A DNA stretch of 64,000 bases from a virus (taxonomy: Duplodnaviria > Heunggongvirae > Uroviricota > Caudoviricetes): IMG/VR virus record IMGVR_UViG_3300026382_000007; one strand, written 5' to 3'. Positions 1-10,888 of the stretch are shown in pieces. Numbering within the stretch: the first letter of the stretch is position 1; each line of letters starts with the position of its first letter. Made by a program: the position numbers and the translations under genes. The notes beneath the pieces were generated by a model. It saw only the letters and a list, made by a program, of their open reading frames with translations, did no database searches and was not told where the DNA came from.

Positions 1-1
1 C

Positions 2-706
2 ATCAATGAAATTCCAGAGGACCAAAATTTCTATATCCCTCTCAAGGCTCAGATCGATAGCCAACTTTCAATAAAAGCACACCTTGACTCTCTCATCAAA
101 GATAGAAACGAAAAAAATGAGCAATTACTTTACACGAAATCTGAGTTACTGAAAATCATGGACCAGATTGAAAAGGCGAAGCAATTAATCAAAGACTCCG
201 AGGTTATAGAGGCTGGGCTCATTGCAGAACAAAAAGAACTGGATACTGAATTTCAGGTACAGAAAAAACTTTTTGACGATTTACAAGAGCTTAAAAGATT
301 AGACGAGATCAGAAGTGACCACAAGTGGGAATTAAATAGAACCAAAAATTCGTTCTTTTTTAACTTCGACATTGAAAGCGATCAAAGATTTGTTATGGAA
401 AAATTCATTGAAGAAGATTTTAACTTTTTCGATGTATATAATAGTAAATTTTTATTTTTAATTAAAGAGTTAAAACAATTTGGAGAGTATAAGATTACTA
501 TGGATTCAGCTAGAATAGATTTGATTTCATATAACATATACGGTACGACTCAATTTTGGTGGATGTTACTAGAGTTCAATGACATAGCAGATCAATTCAG
601 TATTAAAAGGGGTCAGATCATTAAGTTCTTTGATTTAAGTGACCTCGAGTCTAAGTACCACTTCATCCAGAAAGAACAACACAAAAAGGGTGACAAGGAG
701 CAATAA
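2..706 (+). CDS. structural (baseplate/tail) protein with C-terminal LysM-like motif; 5' end lies outside window
   Basis: frame 2 open from window start; LysM-like stretch ISYNIYGTTQFWW..IADQFSIKRGQII; directly upstream of baseplate genes. Confidence 0.5.
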   Translation: MNEIPEDQNFYIPLKAQIDSQLSIKAHLDSLIKDRNEKNEQLLYTKSELLKIMDQIEKAKQLIKDSEVIEAGLIAEQKELDTEFQVQKKLFDDLQELKRLDEIRSDHKWELNRTKNSFFFNFDIESDQRFVMEKFIEEDFNFFDVYNSKFLFLIKELKQFGEYKITMDSARIDLISYNIYGTTQFWWMLLEFNDIADQFSIKRGQIIKFFDLSDLESKYHFIQKEQHKKGDKEQ

Positions 707-1857
707 TGGCCACAGTAGAATTGAAAGGTAACTTCTATTTCTTTTTTGAGATAGGTGGGAATAGTACATTTGCAGACGGAGGGGGTGGTATCATCTCTTT
801 CATTATGGAAGAATGGACAGGCGGGTCTTTACCACAATTTGAGTTTATATTTACTACATCGGACTTTGATATTCTGAAGCATGTAAATGAGGGAAGTTCT
901 ATAAGTTGTACTTATGGGAAATCACCTGATGACACTGACACGATACAGCTAATGGTACAGAAATTCGCATACAACCTTGTTGACAGTCAATACCTTAAGA
1001 TAGTCTTAAAGGGATTCATCGGAACAACCACTCACTTACAGAAATGTGAAATTAAGGGTTGGCAAGGTAAGACATCATTGGATGTTATCAAAGATGTTGC
1101 TGGGATTGACTATAAAGTTAAATCTAAGGCAACGACACCGTCCGACTCTCAGAATTGGATCCGTTACAATATTTCATCTAATCGTTTTATCCAAGAAGTT
1201 TGGGAGCACAGTTTTATTAGTGACACGAACTTCTTGGTGTATGCAATTAACAGAAATAGTGAATTCTTAATTGATGATTACGAAAATGTTACCGCTGGGA
1301 CAGAAAAGTGGGTGTTTTGTAGTGATGAATCTAAGGGAAATAAGATCGCGATGGATCCAAACTATACGATAAGTTCTAATCATGGTCTTATCAATAACAT
1401 AGCTGTGTACGAAAGGGAAAGAAGAGTCTTCGACATAGAAAAGGGCGGGAAAGACGAAAAGGTCACTACACCATCAAAGAAGCCTATTCTAGCCAGTGGT
1501 TCAAAATTGAATGTTCACACTAAAGATCCTAAGAATTACGGAAAAGTTCGTTCTAAGCACGAAGCGATACATAGCAATTATCATAAGGCTTATTATAACA
1601 ATATTTCTAAGATTGCATTACATGGTATCACGGAAATTGAAATTCTAACTGACTCCGAGTACAAGGAATACGAATTATTCGACTTAGCAAAGTTTGAAAA
1701 CTTTGAACTTGATTCACAATCTTCAAAGGATACGGAATTATTGGCTGGGCTATTCATTATAACACGAATTAGTCGTTTTTATTCTGGCGGACGGTTTAGA
1801 ACTTCGATCACATTATCTAAAGATGCGATGAATAACATTAAAGGAAGCTTAAAATGA
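706..1857 (+). CDS. baseplate/tail hub-associated hypothetical protein
   Basis: 383-aa ORF; ATG overlaps upstream stop (TAATG); translationally coupled to gp5-like gene. Confidence 0.4.
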   Translation: MATVELKGNFYFFFEIGGNSTFADGGGGIISFIMEEWTGGSLPQFEFIFTTSDFDILKHVNEGSSISCTYGKSPDDTDTIQLMVQKFAYNLVDSQYLKIVLKGFIGTTTHLQKCEIKGWQGKTSLDVIKDVAGIDYKVKSKATTPSDSQNWIRYNISSNRFIQEVWEHSFISDTNFLVYAINRNSEFLIDDYENVTAGTEKWVFCSDESKGNKIAMDPNYTISSNHGLINNIAVYERERRVFDIEKGGKDEKVTTPSKKPILASGSKLNVHTKDPKNYGKVRSKHEAIHSNYHKAYYNNISKIALHGITEIEILTDSEYKEYELFDLAKFENFELDSQSSKDTELLAGLFIITRISRFYSGGRFRTSITLSKDAMNNIKGSLK

Positions 1858-2660
1858 GTTTAAAAAACACACTTGACCTATTTACCAAAGAGGACATGTT
1901 TCAAAGTATGATCGTTGGTAAGGTTATCGACAATGTAGATCCAATGAAGCAAGGTCGTGTTAAAATTGAAATCCCTTCTATGACTGAGGGTATTGCTAAA
2001 GATATAATCCCTTGGTCGCATCAACTTTTTCCAGTCGGTACTGGAACACTTGGTGGTATTCCTTCTTTTAAGGTTCCAGCGATTGGTACTCAAGTTTGTG
2101 TAATTTTCCCAGAAAAGGACATCTATACATCTTTTTATATTGGTGAATTAATTTACAAAGACCATAAGCTTGAAGAGTTGACGGAAGATTATCCAGAAAC
2201 TTATGGATTTATTGATAAGATCTTCAATAAATACTGGATCAATATGAAAAAGAAAACTATGGACTTTCACCACCACACTGGAACGCATCTTCATATTGAC
2301 GATGAGGGAACTATGACATTGGATGGTGTTAAGGACTTAAATATAAATATAGAAAATGACACTAATATAGTGATCAAGGGAAACAGAGACGAAAAAATCA
2401 CTGGTGACTCTACATTAAAGATCGACGGAAACTGGAATATAACGGTTGGCGGAGATTGCAGCTTAGATGTATCAGGGAAAACAGATTTGACATCTGGTGG
2501 TAAGACTACTATCAATGCATCGAAACTGGTCGTAAACTGTGATATTGAAGTTACTGGGAAGATTGAATCAACTGGTGACCAAATAGCTGGTATCATTTCT
2601 ACACAAAAACATAAACATACTGGTAACTTGGGAGCTCCGACGAGTCCATCAAAACCGTAA
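1854..2660 (+). CDS. gp5-like baseplate hub / tail needle protein (OB-fold N-domain, beta-helical C-term, no lysozyme domain)
   Basis: N-term GKVIDNVDPMKQGRVKIEIPS..VPAIGTQVCVIF matches gp5/VgrG OB-domain pattern; C-term G-rich beta-helix repeats. Confidence 0.6.
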   Translation: MSLKNTLDLFTKEDMFQSMIVGKVIDNVDPMKQGRVKIEIPSMTEGIAKDIIPWSHQLFPVGTGTLGGIPSFKVPAIGTQVCVIFPEKDIYTSFYIGELIYKDHKLEELTEDYPETYGFIDKIFNKYWINMKKKTMDFHHHTGTHLHIDDEGTMTLDGVKDLNINIENDTNIVIKGNRDEKITGDSTLKIDGNWNITVGGDCSLDVSGKTDLTSGGKTTINASKLVVNCDIEVTGKIESTGDQIAGIISTQKHKHTGNLGAPTSPSKP

Positions 2661-2673
2661 AAAAGGATAGGAA

Positions 2674-3069
2674 ATGGCATTTTACTCTGATATCAACCAA
2701 CAGGATCCTCGTAATGATGGTTTCCTGTTCGACATCGAAACTATTTACCAGTCTTTGGACAATGTCTTAGGCACGGAAAAGGGCGAGAGGATGTTTTTAC
2801 CTGAATTTGGTACAAGTCTAATGCAATTTTTATTTGCTCCTCTGACACCTACGAACGAGGCGAGAATCATGTATGAAGTTGCTAGTGCGATTTCAACTTG
2901 GGAACCTCGTGTACAAATTATAAGAAGAGAATCATATGTTAAAAGCATACCAGATTCACATGAAGTGGAACTGTTTTTAGTCATTAAAATAAAAGGTCTT
3001 GGCGAGACAAAATATGTGTTCCAAACTAACTTATCAAGAAATCAACAAGGACAATACTATGCAATTTAA
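2674..3069 (+). CDS. gp25-like baseplate wedge protein (GPW/gp25 family)
   Basis: 131 aa; RMFLPEFGTSL and WEPRV motifs align with T4 gp25 RPFDPEFG / EPRI. Confidence 0.8.
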   Translation: MAFYSDINQQDPRNDGFLFDIETIYQSLDNVLGTEKGERMFLPEFGTSLMQFLFAPLTPTNEARIMYEVASAISTWEPRVQIIRRESYVKSIPDSHEVELFLVIKIKGLGETKYVFQTNLSRNQQGQYYAI

Positions 3070-4405
3070 TAAATCTCTTTTAACCCCATCACTTATCGCA
3101 AAGGATATGCACAAATCTATTGCGGAACTTGATGATTTTGCTGGTTGGCAAGATTATTTTGAGGGCGGTGCTGGTCAGACTATTGTTGAATTGGTAGCTG
3201 GGTCTCAAGCAATAAAAAATCACTACAATATGATGCGAGTTAGAGAAAGTTCTCTAATCCATGCAAAAATGGATTCATCTATTACACAACTTGCCATTGA
3301 CAAAGGGGTTTATAGACCAACTGCAAAAGCATTTATCGTAAGACTTAAATTTAAGTCACTTTTAAGCGGTGAAATTGGCATTGGAGAATTAATTGGATCT
3401 TATAAGGACTATAATGCATATTCTCTAGAACACAAAAGTATCGTTGTCGGTGATAATGAGCTGGACATAACATTTGGTCACATAGTTGAGCATACAACAG
3501 AAATCGTAACGGACGAAACTTTCCACTTTATACCTTATTCTTATGACAACCTTTTTGTAGCAGATCACTTTCAACTACTTACACATAACGGGCAACAAGT
3601 AATTTTAAGTTCCATACAACTGAATCTTTACAACAACGATTTAGCGAACTCTGCATTGACTCTCGTATCAAGCTTCGAAAATAAAATCGTTTTCGGTGAT
3701 GGTGTAATTGGAAAGAAGACGAATATTGGTGATGTTATCAAACTTCGTGACCTTACTTATGGTAAAGATATGATTAAGAAATATGATCATTCTAAATTGA
3801 ACATGAACGATGCAGACATGTTCCATATCGACTCGTTTGAAGTTATTCGTAGAGCAACTGGGTATCTTGATAAGGAAATCTTAAGAAGGGTTGCTATCCG
3901 CTCAACAGTAGACGGAAGATGGGTTCAAACTATTGACTTCGAAAATGGTCTTATGAGGGAATTCGGAGAATTTCTTTCAGATGTTATCGTTGAAGACAGT
4001 TATCCTATTGAATTTATCACATTTTTACCAAAAAGTGGGTTTTTGACTCCTGGTTTACTTGAAGAGATCAATACTATGATAGAAGACAAGCGAGGGAATG
4101 CGGTTCAAGTTAAACAAACTGTAATTGACCCAGATTCACCAGAAAATTATATTGACCTTACTTTCAATATGACATATTTTGGCATCGATTCTGAAGAGGT
4201 TATAAGACAAATCATAGAAGATTACACGACGAAGAATGAGCGACGACTTGCAAACGGAGACATATTTGTAGTTGGTGCGGATATCGCGGTGGAACTTACA
4301 CGAGAACTTCCACAAGGAAAATTCTACTGTGACCTCGACCAAAAATTCGTTCTCCCGAACTTAAAATTTATTCGCGAACTTAAAATTAACTTTGTGAGGG
4401 AATAA
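3059..4405 (+). CDS. gp6-like baseplate wedge protein (Baseplate_J-like)
   Basis: follows gp25-like gene as in T4-like baseplate modules; size ~450 aa; start ambiguous (ATG 2999/3059). Confidence 0.4.
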   Translation: MQFNKSLLTPSLIAKDMHKSIAELDDFAGWQDYFEGGAGQTIVELVAGSQAIKNHYNMMRVRESSLIHAKMDSSITQLAIDKGVYRPTAKAFIVRLKFKSLLSGEIGIGELIGSYKDYNAYSLEHKSIVVGDNELDITFGHIVEHTTEIVTDETFHFIPYSYDNLFVADHFQLLTHNGQQVILSSIQLNLYNNDLANSALTLVSSFENKIVFGDGVIGKKTNIGDVIKLRDLTYGKDMIKKYDHSKLNMNDADMFHIDSFEVIRRATGYLDKEILRRVAIRSTVDGRWVQTIDFENGLMREFGEFLSDVIVEDSYPIEFITFLPKSGFLTPGLLEEINTMIEDKRGNAVQVKQTVIDPDSPENYIDLTFNMTYFGIDSEEVIRQIIEDYTTKNERRLANGDIFVVGADIAVELTRELPQGKFYCDLDQKFVLPNLKFIRELKINFVRE

Positions 4406-4406
4406 T

Positions 4407-5855
4407 ATGATAATCAAATATGATACTTCCGGTGAGATAGAATCTGGTGGGATTATGACATATGTCAAGATCGACCAGGAAGTCATCAAGCCGAATTGTT
4501 TCGAAAACTTTTTACCTCATAGATTGAAGTCAAACGAACTTTTCCAACTTGTCAACAAATTGATTTGTATGGGAGACGATGTTTCAACTGATGAAGAAAT
4601 ACGACTTTATCTTGAGGAGTCTTCTGGACTTACAAGAGCTGGCCTACACTCGGAATACCACGATTTAGACTGGTTTAGTCAACTATCTTGGGAAGAAGCT
4701 GTTCGGTACACATGGACTGATGCATATGAGTCAGGTGGTTCACTGAACTTCAAACCTCGACAAACAGTTGCTAATGTTGGTAATGATGTATTATGGGGTG
4801 AATTCTCAAAAGTAAACAACGAAGAATTCTCAAAAGAGGGGTTCAACTTCTGGAATCATATTATTGATCCTTATGTTGGGACAAACCTGATACAGAGAAC
4901 TCTTTTGGAATCTTTAAGATTACATGGAACAGTTGTAGACTGGTATGATGATGGGACTCCTGTCAATACATATAGTTTTGTTTTTGATGAATTTCCAGGT
5001 TGGGAACGGACTAAGACTCTTATTTTAGCTTCAAAAGCACTTAAAAATGCAGAAAGTTACCTTACATCAGTCAAAGATGAAAACTGTCCACATGGGCTTG
5101 TACTTTCACACGGTTTTTTAGATGCCGATTTCGTTTCGGATATTTACGGTGATAAGTTCTATGGTGCTTATATTTGTTTCCAACGATTTGACCAAGAGCT
5201 GGTTGAAATGTACAATATGATTGATGTGAAGTACCTTAGAACAAAATACAGAAATCAGCAGTTGAACTATTGGAATGAAATTCATCTAAGTGATAATTTA
5301 TTTTTAGATGTGAGAAACTTCAACAGAATTTTCCGTACACATACGAAATTATTACCAGGATCTTTCGTTCAGATGCTTCCGGCTTACATGAAACAGAAAT
5401 CCAATACTTGGGACCATGGTGTTACATGGGAAGACCATAATACATGGGATGGAATTAGTGTAACGAATCTCGTTTATACTAGATTGCAACTTACAGAGAT
5501 GGATTGGAACTATATCAATCCTGTGACGAATGCACCTCAGACATGGGAACGAAATGCCACATGGCTTGGTGATTATGATGAAACATCGTACAGTTACAAC
5601 AAACCTTGTAATGGTGATTCTTGTATAGAAAATAGAAACTTTATCCCTGGATTTGGTCCAAGTGATGGGAATTCTCTTTACAAACCACTTATTCGCTATA
5701 AGAATATATCGACATTTGACCCTGATGCGGACATATTAATTGCGAGAGGCGGGATTGTGAACTATTGGGATCCAGACTTTGTTCTTGGGTATATGAGCCT
5801 TGACGGAACAAATGATAAATATGTGTTTAAGACACATATCAGAGAAGATGTGTAA
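4407..5855 (+). CDS. baseplate/tail structural protein (hypothetical)
   Basis: 482-aa ORF, start 2 nt after upstream stop; within structural module. Confidence 0.35.
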   Translation: MIIKYDTSGEIESGGIMTYVKIDQEVIKPNCFENFLPHRLKSNELFQLVNKLICMGDDVSTDEEIRLYLEESSGLTRAGLHSEYHDLDWFSQLSWEEAVRYTWTDAYESGGSLNFKPRQTVANVGNDVLWGEFSKVNNEEFSKEGFNFWNHIIDPYVGTNLIQRTLLESLRLHGTVVDWYDDGTPVNTYSFVFDEFPGWERTKTLILASKALKNAESYLTSVKDENCPHGLVLSHGFLDADFVSDIYGDKFYGAYICFQRFDQELVEMYNMIDVKYLRTKYRNQQLNYWNEIHLSDNLFLDVRNFNRIFRTHTKLLPGSFVQMLPAYMKQKSNTWDHGVTWEDHNTWDGISVTNLVYTRLQLTEMDWNYINPVTNAPQTWERNATWLGDYDETSYSYNKPCNGDSCIENRNFIPGFGPSDGNSLYKPLIRYKNISTFDPDADILIARGGIVNYWDPDFVLGYMSLDGTNDKYVFKTHIREDV

Positions 5856-5912
5856 AAACATCTCTCTGTACATTAAATAAACTCAATAAGATGAAAAGCC
5901 AAAGGAGAAAAC

Positions 5913-6395
5913 ATGGTATTAACAGAAGTTGGACACACGACTTTAGCTGAAGCAATGTTTCCGAAAGACTATTTTCTAGCATGGGGTGATTTACCACTTG
6001 GTTCTGAATGGAATCGTGTGCCACCCACAGAAGATATTCTTGCGGACAAGCTGATAGAAGAAGTTGGTCGTATAAAATTCCAAGCAAAGGAATATGTTGT
6101 TCCAGATGATGCTGGGGTTATCAATGTAGACGGGATTAAATGGGCTGTTTCAGCTACTCCTTCAAAATATGTATATTTAAAATTTCAATTTGAACAAACT
6201 ATGAATCCAGAGTCGGCTATTTATCAGCTGGGACTTTTTAGTGATGTGGTTCCAGTTGCAGGAAAGGAAGAGGAAACTTATCTTCTTCCAGGTGACATGG
6301 ACGATGAAGGGAAAGTTGTACTTATAGAAAATCAAGCAGTTGTTTACAGAAACTCCGCAACACGAGAAGTGTTCGAGTTTGTAATCACTTACTAA
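5913..6395 (+). CDS. hypothetical structural protein
   Basis: 160-aa ORF with RBS aaaggagaaaacATG. Confidence 0.4.
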   Translation: MVLTEVGHTTLAEAMFPKDYFLAWGDLPLGSEWNRVPPTEDILADKLIEEVGRIKFQAKEYVVPDDAGVINVDGIKWAVSATPSKYVYLKFQFEQTMNPESAIYQLGLFSDVVPVAGKEEETYLLPGDMDDEGKVVLIENQAVVYRNSATREVFEFVITY

Positions 6396-6405
6396 GAGGT
6401 AAAAA

Positions 6406-9400
6406 ATGGCATACGATATAAATTTAAACAGATATTACAACAGATTCAAAGACCAGCCACAATTTTCGGACTATAAAGTTCTATTATTCCGTGCTGGTGA
6501 TGCTCTGCAATCTGCAGAACTAAATGAACTTCAACAAACTCTTCACAACGAAAACTCTCACCTCGCAAGAAACTTTCTTGTTAATGGTGCAATTGTTTCA
6601 GGTGGTAAAGTTGAGATTGAAAGAACTTCTGCTGGGACAAATCCAGCTGGCGATGAGTTGTATAATCTAGATGTAAATGTTGAAGATTCTGTAATGTTCC
6701 TAAACACATACTATGTAAGTGTTAAAGAATCAGATCTTCAACTTGCTGGTAAATATTTACCAACACAGGACGACAATATCGGTGTTAAAATCACCTATAC
6801 TGAAGTTACAGAGGGACTAGATCCTTCTTTAAAAGATCCTGCAGTTGAAACTAGAAACTATGCACAACCTGGAGCTGGCCGTCTAAAAATTACTGGTGAG
6901 TGGATATTTGAAGCTGACTTCGTAGAAGTTGTTGGTGAAGAATTTATCCCATTATACCGAGTTATCAACGGTGAACTTGTGTCTCTTACTGGATATAGTG
7001 GTTTTGAAAGATCTGTTATCAACTTAATTGCTAAGTATGATAGAAATGCAAACGGAAACTATGTTATTGATGGATACGAGGTTTCATATCTTGAAAAACT
7101 TACAGACCTTGGGCCATTTGACCTTTCAATCGCGGAAGGAAATGCCAATGTTTACGGTTTCAACTATGAAACGGAAATCTCTCAAGAGTTAGAAATTGCT
7201 CCGCTGATAGATTTTGAATTAAAGCAATCAGAGCCAAATGAGTACGGTGCTGCGGGAATTCTTGCTAATGAGTATCCTGTAAGACACTTTCCAGTTCGTA
7301 AAGTGTTCCGTATATCCGGACAAAAACAAATTGGTACTACTTTCTCTGATAATTCTACTAATGATTATGAAGAAGTAACTCATGGTGGTTTCGCTGGTGC
7401 ATCTGATGAATTAGCATTACAACCCGTTATCTCACTTATTGATGTTCGTCAAGACGGAAAAACTTTCGTTGAAGGAACTGATTATCAACTAAGTGGTGAT
7501 TCAATTGCATGGTTGGGCGGTGTTGAGCCGGATCCATCTAGTACATACTATGTTTCATATAGATACAACTACACTGAAACTGCTGATGTTGATGACGGAA
7601 CATTCCCAACTGTTGGTGGTTCTATTTCTGCTGACAAAAAGAAGATTGAACTTCTAGGTTTCGCTCCAGGGACTTCAGTCTCTGTAGATTATGACTTTAC
7701 ACTTCAAAGATACGATGCTATCTTCCTTGATGCTAATGGTCAACTAAGTTCTACAAAGGGTGTTCCAGATGAGAACGATCCTCGTGTTCCAAGTCTTGAC
7801 AAAGATTACACACTGAAAGTAGCGGAAGTGTTACTTGGTGCAGATTTTGATCCTCAGGTTCAACAAGCTTCACTTCGTGTGTTTAAGATGTCTGATATTC
7901 AACTATTACTTGATAATATTAAGCAAAATGAGTACAATATTACTAGATTGGCACTTGCTTCTAATATGAGAGAAAGTCAACCAACTTCATTGTTCTTAGG
8001 ACAATTTGTTGATGATTTCGCTGACGATGACATGAGAGATGATGGTTATAGTGGTCTGAATCAAAATGCATTAACAATCGGTGGAAACTTGATTCTTGAC
8101 ATTGATTGGGAAACAATCGAAGCTTCAGCTGAATTACCAGCAGAGCAGATGACTATTGAAATGCCATCGACTCAAGCGGGAATTGTTTTAAATCAACCAC
8201 ATTGGACTAAGACTCGTCAAATTAATGAGTATCTGTTTAAATCTCCGCCATCGGCAAAGATTAACATTTATCCAAAAGTCTATCGTTGGGTTTCTAGAAC
8301 TTCGTATAGTACATTTGTTCGTTCAGTTCAAACTGCAACTCGTGGTATTAATAGTTGGACAACTCGTTACCATGTTTTTGGTACACATAGATGGCATTCA
8401 CATATATCGACAACTGTTTCTACATCTGTATCTCGTCAAATTCTAGGTCGTTCAGTTGGTCGTTCTTCAAGTATTTCAACTTCAAGAACTCCAGCAATCA
8501 TCCCGAGAATTAACATTCGTGTTTATTCTGATGACAATGACTTCAATAACAATGAAACTGTAGATATCTTTTTTGCAGACAAGCTTGTTAAGACAGTTAC
8601 AGCTAATGGGTCTGGTCGTATTATAAACGAAGTATTCCAAATTCCAGCTAATCAATATTCTGGGACAAAAGAAGTTCGTTGTACTGGTCGTGATTCTAAG
8701 ACTGAAGGAAAAACAATTTTCCAAGCAACACCTTTAAGTCGTCGAGTACAAACAACTGTTACGAACTGGTGGAGATGGGTTGTTCGTCGTCAAGGTATAA
8801 TTTGGAGAGAGGCTGATCCAGTTGCCCAATCATTTATCCTTGACGACACGGTTGCTATTGATGGTATCAATGTATATTTCGATGTACTTCCAACAACTGC
8901 GACTTCTTGTGTAATTTGTGAAACTACTGCGGGACTTCCAGATAAGACAAAGGCACTTGTTTCTGCGACTCTTGAACCTCAGTTCTTAAACAACACTGGA
9001 GCTACTTTCTTTTCAATGCCGAATAAAATCGCATTAACGAAAGGTAAAGAATATGCATTCATTGTTATCTGTAAAGATGCGGTTGGAACTGTTAAAGTTG
9101 CTCGTTTAGGTGAGAGAGATGACGAAGCTGGAAAGTGGATCACCTCTCAAGCTTATTCAATTGGTGTTTTATTCAATTCATCAAATGGTTCAGCATGGAC
9201 TCCTCTACAAGAGGAAGATATGAAGTTCCAAATCGTTTCTTGTAACTTCGTGCCACAGTACGAATTCCAGTTCCCTGAAGCTTCTGTTGTAGACGCAACT
9301 GACCTTATGGTTCTTGCGAATGCGAAGGTTGAAGAAGGAACGACAATTCAGTACAAAGTTCAATTACTTGACCGTGCTGATGACAACGAATACTTTGTAA

Positions 9401-9864
9401 ATAGTTACTCACAGTTTCCATTAGACACTAAGTATAGTGGTCGTGTACAAGTCACAGCACTATTTGAGTCAATTAATGGTATCGTTTCTCCAGTTCTTGA
9501 CCCAGAAATGCAAATTTCTGTTGGTACGACTACACAACTTTCTGACTATGTGTCTAGATCGTTTGATTTTGATGGTGATGCGACAATCGTTGATGTGTAC
9601 CTTGATAATTATAAGCCAGCAAATACAAATATTACTGCCTATTATCAACATCAAGCGACGACTGGCGGACCTCTTACTTGGGTAGAGATTCCAATTTCTA
9701 GTTCTAAGCCTCTTGGTTATGACTGGATTGAGTCTCACTTCAGACTAGAGGGCTTAACAGCTCCGGAAAACAGAAAGACAAGAGTTCGTCTTGTACTTCA
9801 AACTTCTAACGACAAAGATCGTCCAGTAGTTTCAAATCTAAGATTCAATGTTCAGAAGATATAA
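6406..9864 (+). CDS. large structural protein (baseplate/fibre, 1152 aa)
   Basis: long uninterrupted ORF with RBS aagaggtaaaaaATG; contains S/T/R-rich low-complexity segment ~8270-8520. Confidence 0.5.
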   Translation: MAYDINLNRYYNRFKDQPQFSDYKVLLFRAGDALQSAELNELQQTLHNENSHLARNFLVNGAIVSGGKVEIERTSAGTNPAGDELYNLDVNVEDSVMFLNTYYVSVKESDLQLAGKYLPTQDDNIGVKITYTEVTEGLDPSLKDPAVETRNYAQPGAGRLKITGEWIFEADFVEVVGEEFIPLYRVINGELVSLTGYSGFERSVINLIAKYDRNANGNYVIDGYEVSYLEKLTDLGPFDLSIAEGNANVYGFNYETEISQELEIAPLIDFELKQSEPNEYGAAGILANEYPVRHFPVRKVFRISGQKQIGTTFSDNSTNDYEEVTHGGFAGASDELALQPVISLIDVRQDGKTFVEGTDYQLSGDSIAWLGGVEPDPSSTYYVSYRYNYTETADVDDGTFPTVGGSISADKKKIELLGFAPGTSVSVDYDFTLQRYDAIFLDANGQLSSTKGVPDENDPRVPSLDKDYTLKVAEVLLGADFDPQVQQASLRVFKMSDIQLLLDNIKQNEYNITRLALASNMRESQPTSLFLGQFVDDFADDDMRDDGYSGLNQNALTIGGNLILDIDWETIEASAELPAEQMTIEMPSTQAGIVLNQPHWTKTRQINEYLFKSPPSAKINIYPKVYRWVSRTSYSTFVRSVQTATRGINSWTTRYHVFGTHRWHSHISTTVSTSVSRQILGRSVGRSSSISTSRTPAIIPRINIRVYSDDNDFNNNETVDIFFADKLVKTVTANGSGRIINEVFQIPANQYSGTKEVRCTGRDSKTEGKTIFQATPLSRRVQTTVTNWWRWVVRRQGIIWREADPVAQSFILDDTVAIDGINVYFDVLPTTATSCVICETTAGLPDKTKALVSATLEPQFLNNTGATFFSMPNKIALTKGKEYAFIVICKDAVGTVKVARLGERDDEAGKWITSQAYSIGVLFNSSNGSAWTPLQEEDMKFQIVSCNFVPQYEFQFPEASVVDATDLMVLANAKVEEGTTIQYKVQLLDRADDNEYFVNSYSQFPLDTKYSGRVQVTALFESINGIVSPVLDPEMQISVGTTTQLSDYVSRSFDFDGDATIVDVYLDNYKPANTNITAYYQHQATTGGPLTWVEIPISSSKPLGYDWIESHFRLEGLTAPENRKTRVRLVLQTSNDKDRPVVSNLRFNVQKI

Positions 9865-9892
9865 TTCTTCTGGGCTGACAAAAGGATAAAAT

Positions 9893-10879
9893 ATGTCAAC
9901 TTCAATTACACCAAATAGAAATTATACTCATCCGGAAAAAGATGAGGATTTACAAGCTTCTAATGTCTTCTTTAAAAATAATCTATTTGCAATAGATTTA
10001 GATATCCAAAACCTCTTTAATGATAAAGCAAATGCTATTGATGTTTATACTCGACTAGAGACTGATGATAATATAAGCGATGCAATTACTCTTTATGACC
10101 AAAATTTGGACATTTATGGGTCGTATACGACTGGTGATGTGAGAGGAACTACTGAATTAATTCTTAATGATGTATTATTAAATCCAGGTGTTGCTACTAA
10201 GGTGACTGTAAATGCTAAGGGTCTTGTCGTAGGAATTGGAACTTTTGTGGAAGCTGATATAACTGACTTCGGTTCATATATGTTGAACTCTATGTTGGAT
10301 GACACTGCAACTGATGTTTCTCATGTTCTTTCAGCGAGTAAAATTTTAAGTCTCGTTGACGGGGTTTCTAGTGACTTATCTTCATATGTTCCTTTAACTG
10401 ACTACACAGATAATGCAGTTCTCGCGAAGCTAAAAAATGTTGATGGTGATGGATCTGGTTTAGATGCTGAGTTACTACTTGGGCAAATAGCTTCATATTA
10501 CTTGGATTATAGTAACTTTACTAACACACCAACTACTCTTACTGGTTATGGGATCACTGATGTTGTGAGTATCAACTCGAATAATGTAATTACATCTGCT
10601 GCATCTGTCGATATTGATTTTTCAATAGCTGAAGTTCAGACTATTATTATGGATGCTGATATTACATTCACTGCTTCTAATTTAGTTGAGGCTCAAAGAG
10701 GAACTTTAGTGTTCGCACAAGATAACACTGGGTCTAGAATTCCGACTCTTCCAACAGAATTCAAATTCGAGGGCGGTACTGCTCCAGTTTTCACTACTGA
10801 TGCAAATGCGATTGATACAATTAATTATGTAGTATCTGGAACAAATGTACTTTGTACTTTCTCAGCTGACTTTGCATAG
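9893..10879 (+). CDS. tail fibre-like protein
   Basis: 328 aa, S/T/N-rich beta-rich composition; in fibre module. Confidence 0.35.
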   Translation: MSTSITPNRNYTHPEKDEDLQASNVFFKNNLFAIDLDIQNLFNDKANAIDVYTRLETDDNISDAITLYDQNLDIYGSYTTGDVRGTTELILNDVLLNPGVATKVTVNAKGLVVGIGTFVEADITDFGSYMLNSMLDDTATDVSHVLSASKILSLVDGVSSDLSSYVPLTDYTDNAVLAKLKNVDGDGSGLDAELLLGQIASYYLDYSNFTNTPTTLTGYGITDVVSINSNNVITSAASVDIDFSIAEVQTIIMDADITFTASNLVEAQRGTLVFAQDNTGSRIPTLPTEFKFEGGTAPVFTTDANAIDTINYVVSGTNVLCTFSADFA

Positions 10880-10888
10880 GAGTAAATA

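Noticed and set aside
1046-1270. Internal 74-aa ORF in an alternate frame of the 706-1857 gene, and similar nested ORFs (1878-2093-, 2291-2680-, 2745-2984-, 4136-4342-, 8225-8446, 8482-8724-, 9437-9738)
   Set aside because: They are nested within longer, better-supported ORFs, lack RBS, and have low-complexity Arg/Leu-rich composition typical of off-frame translation.
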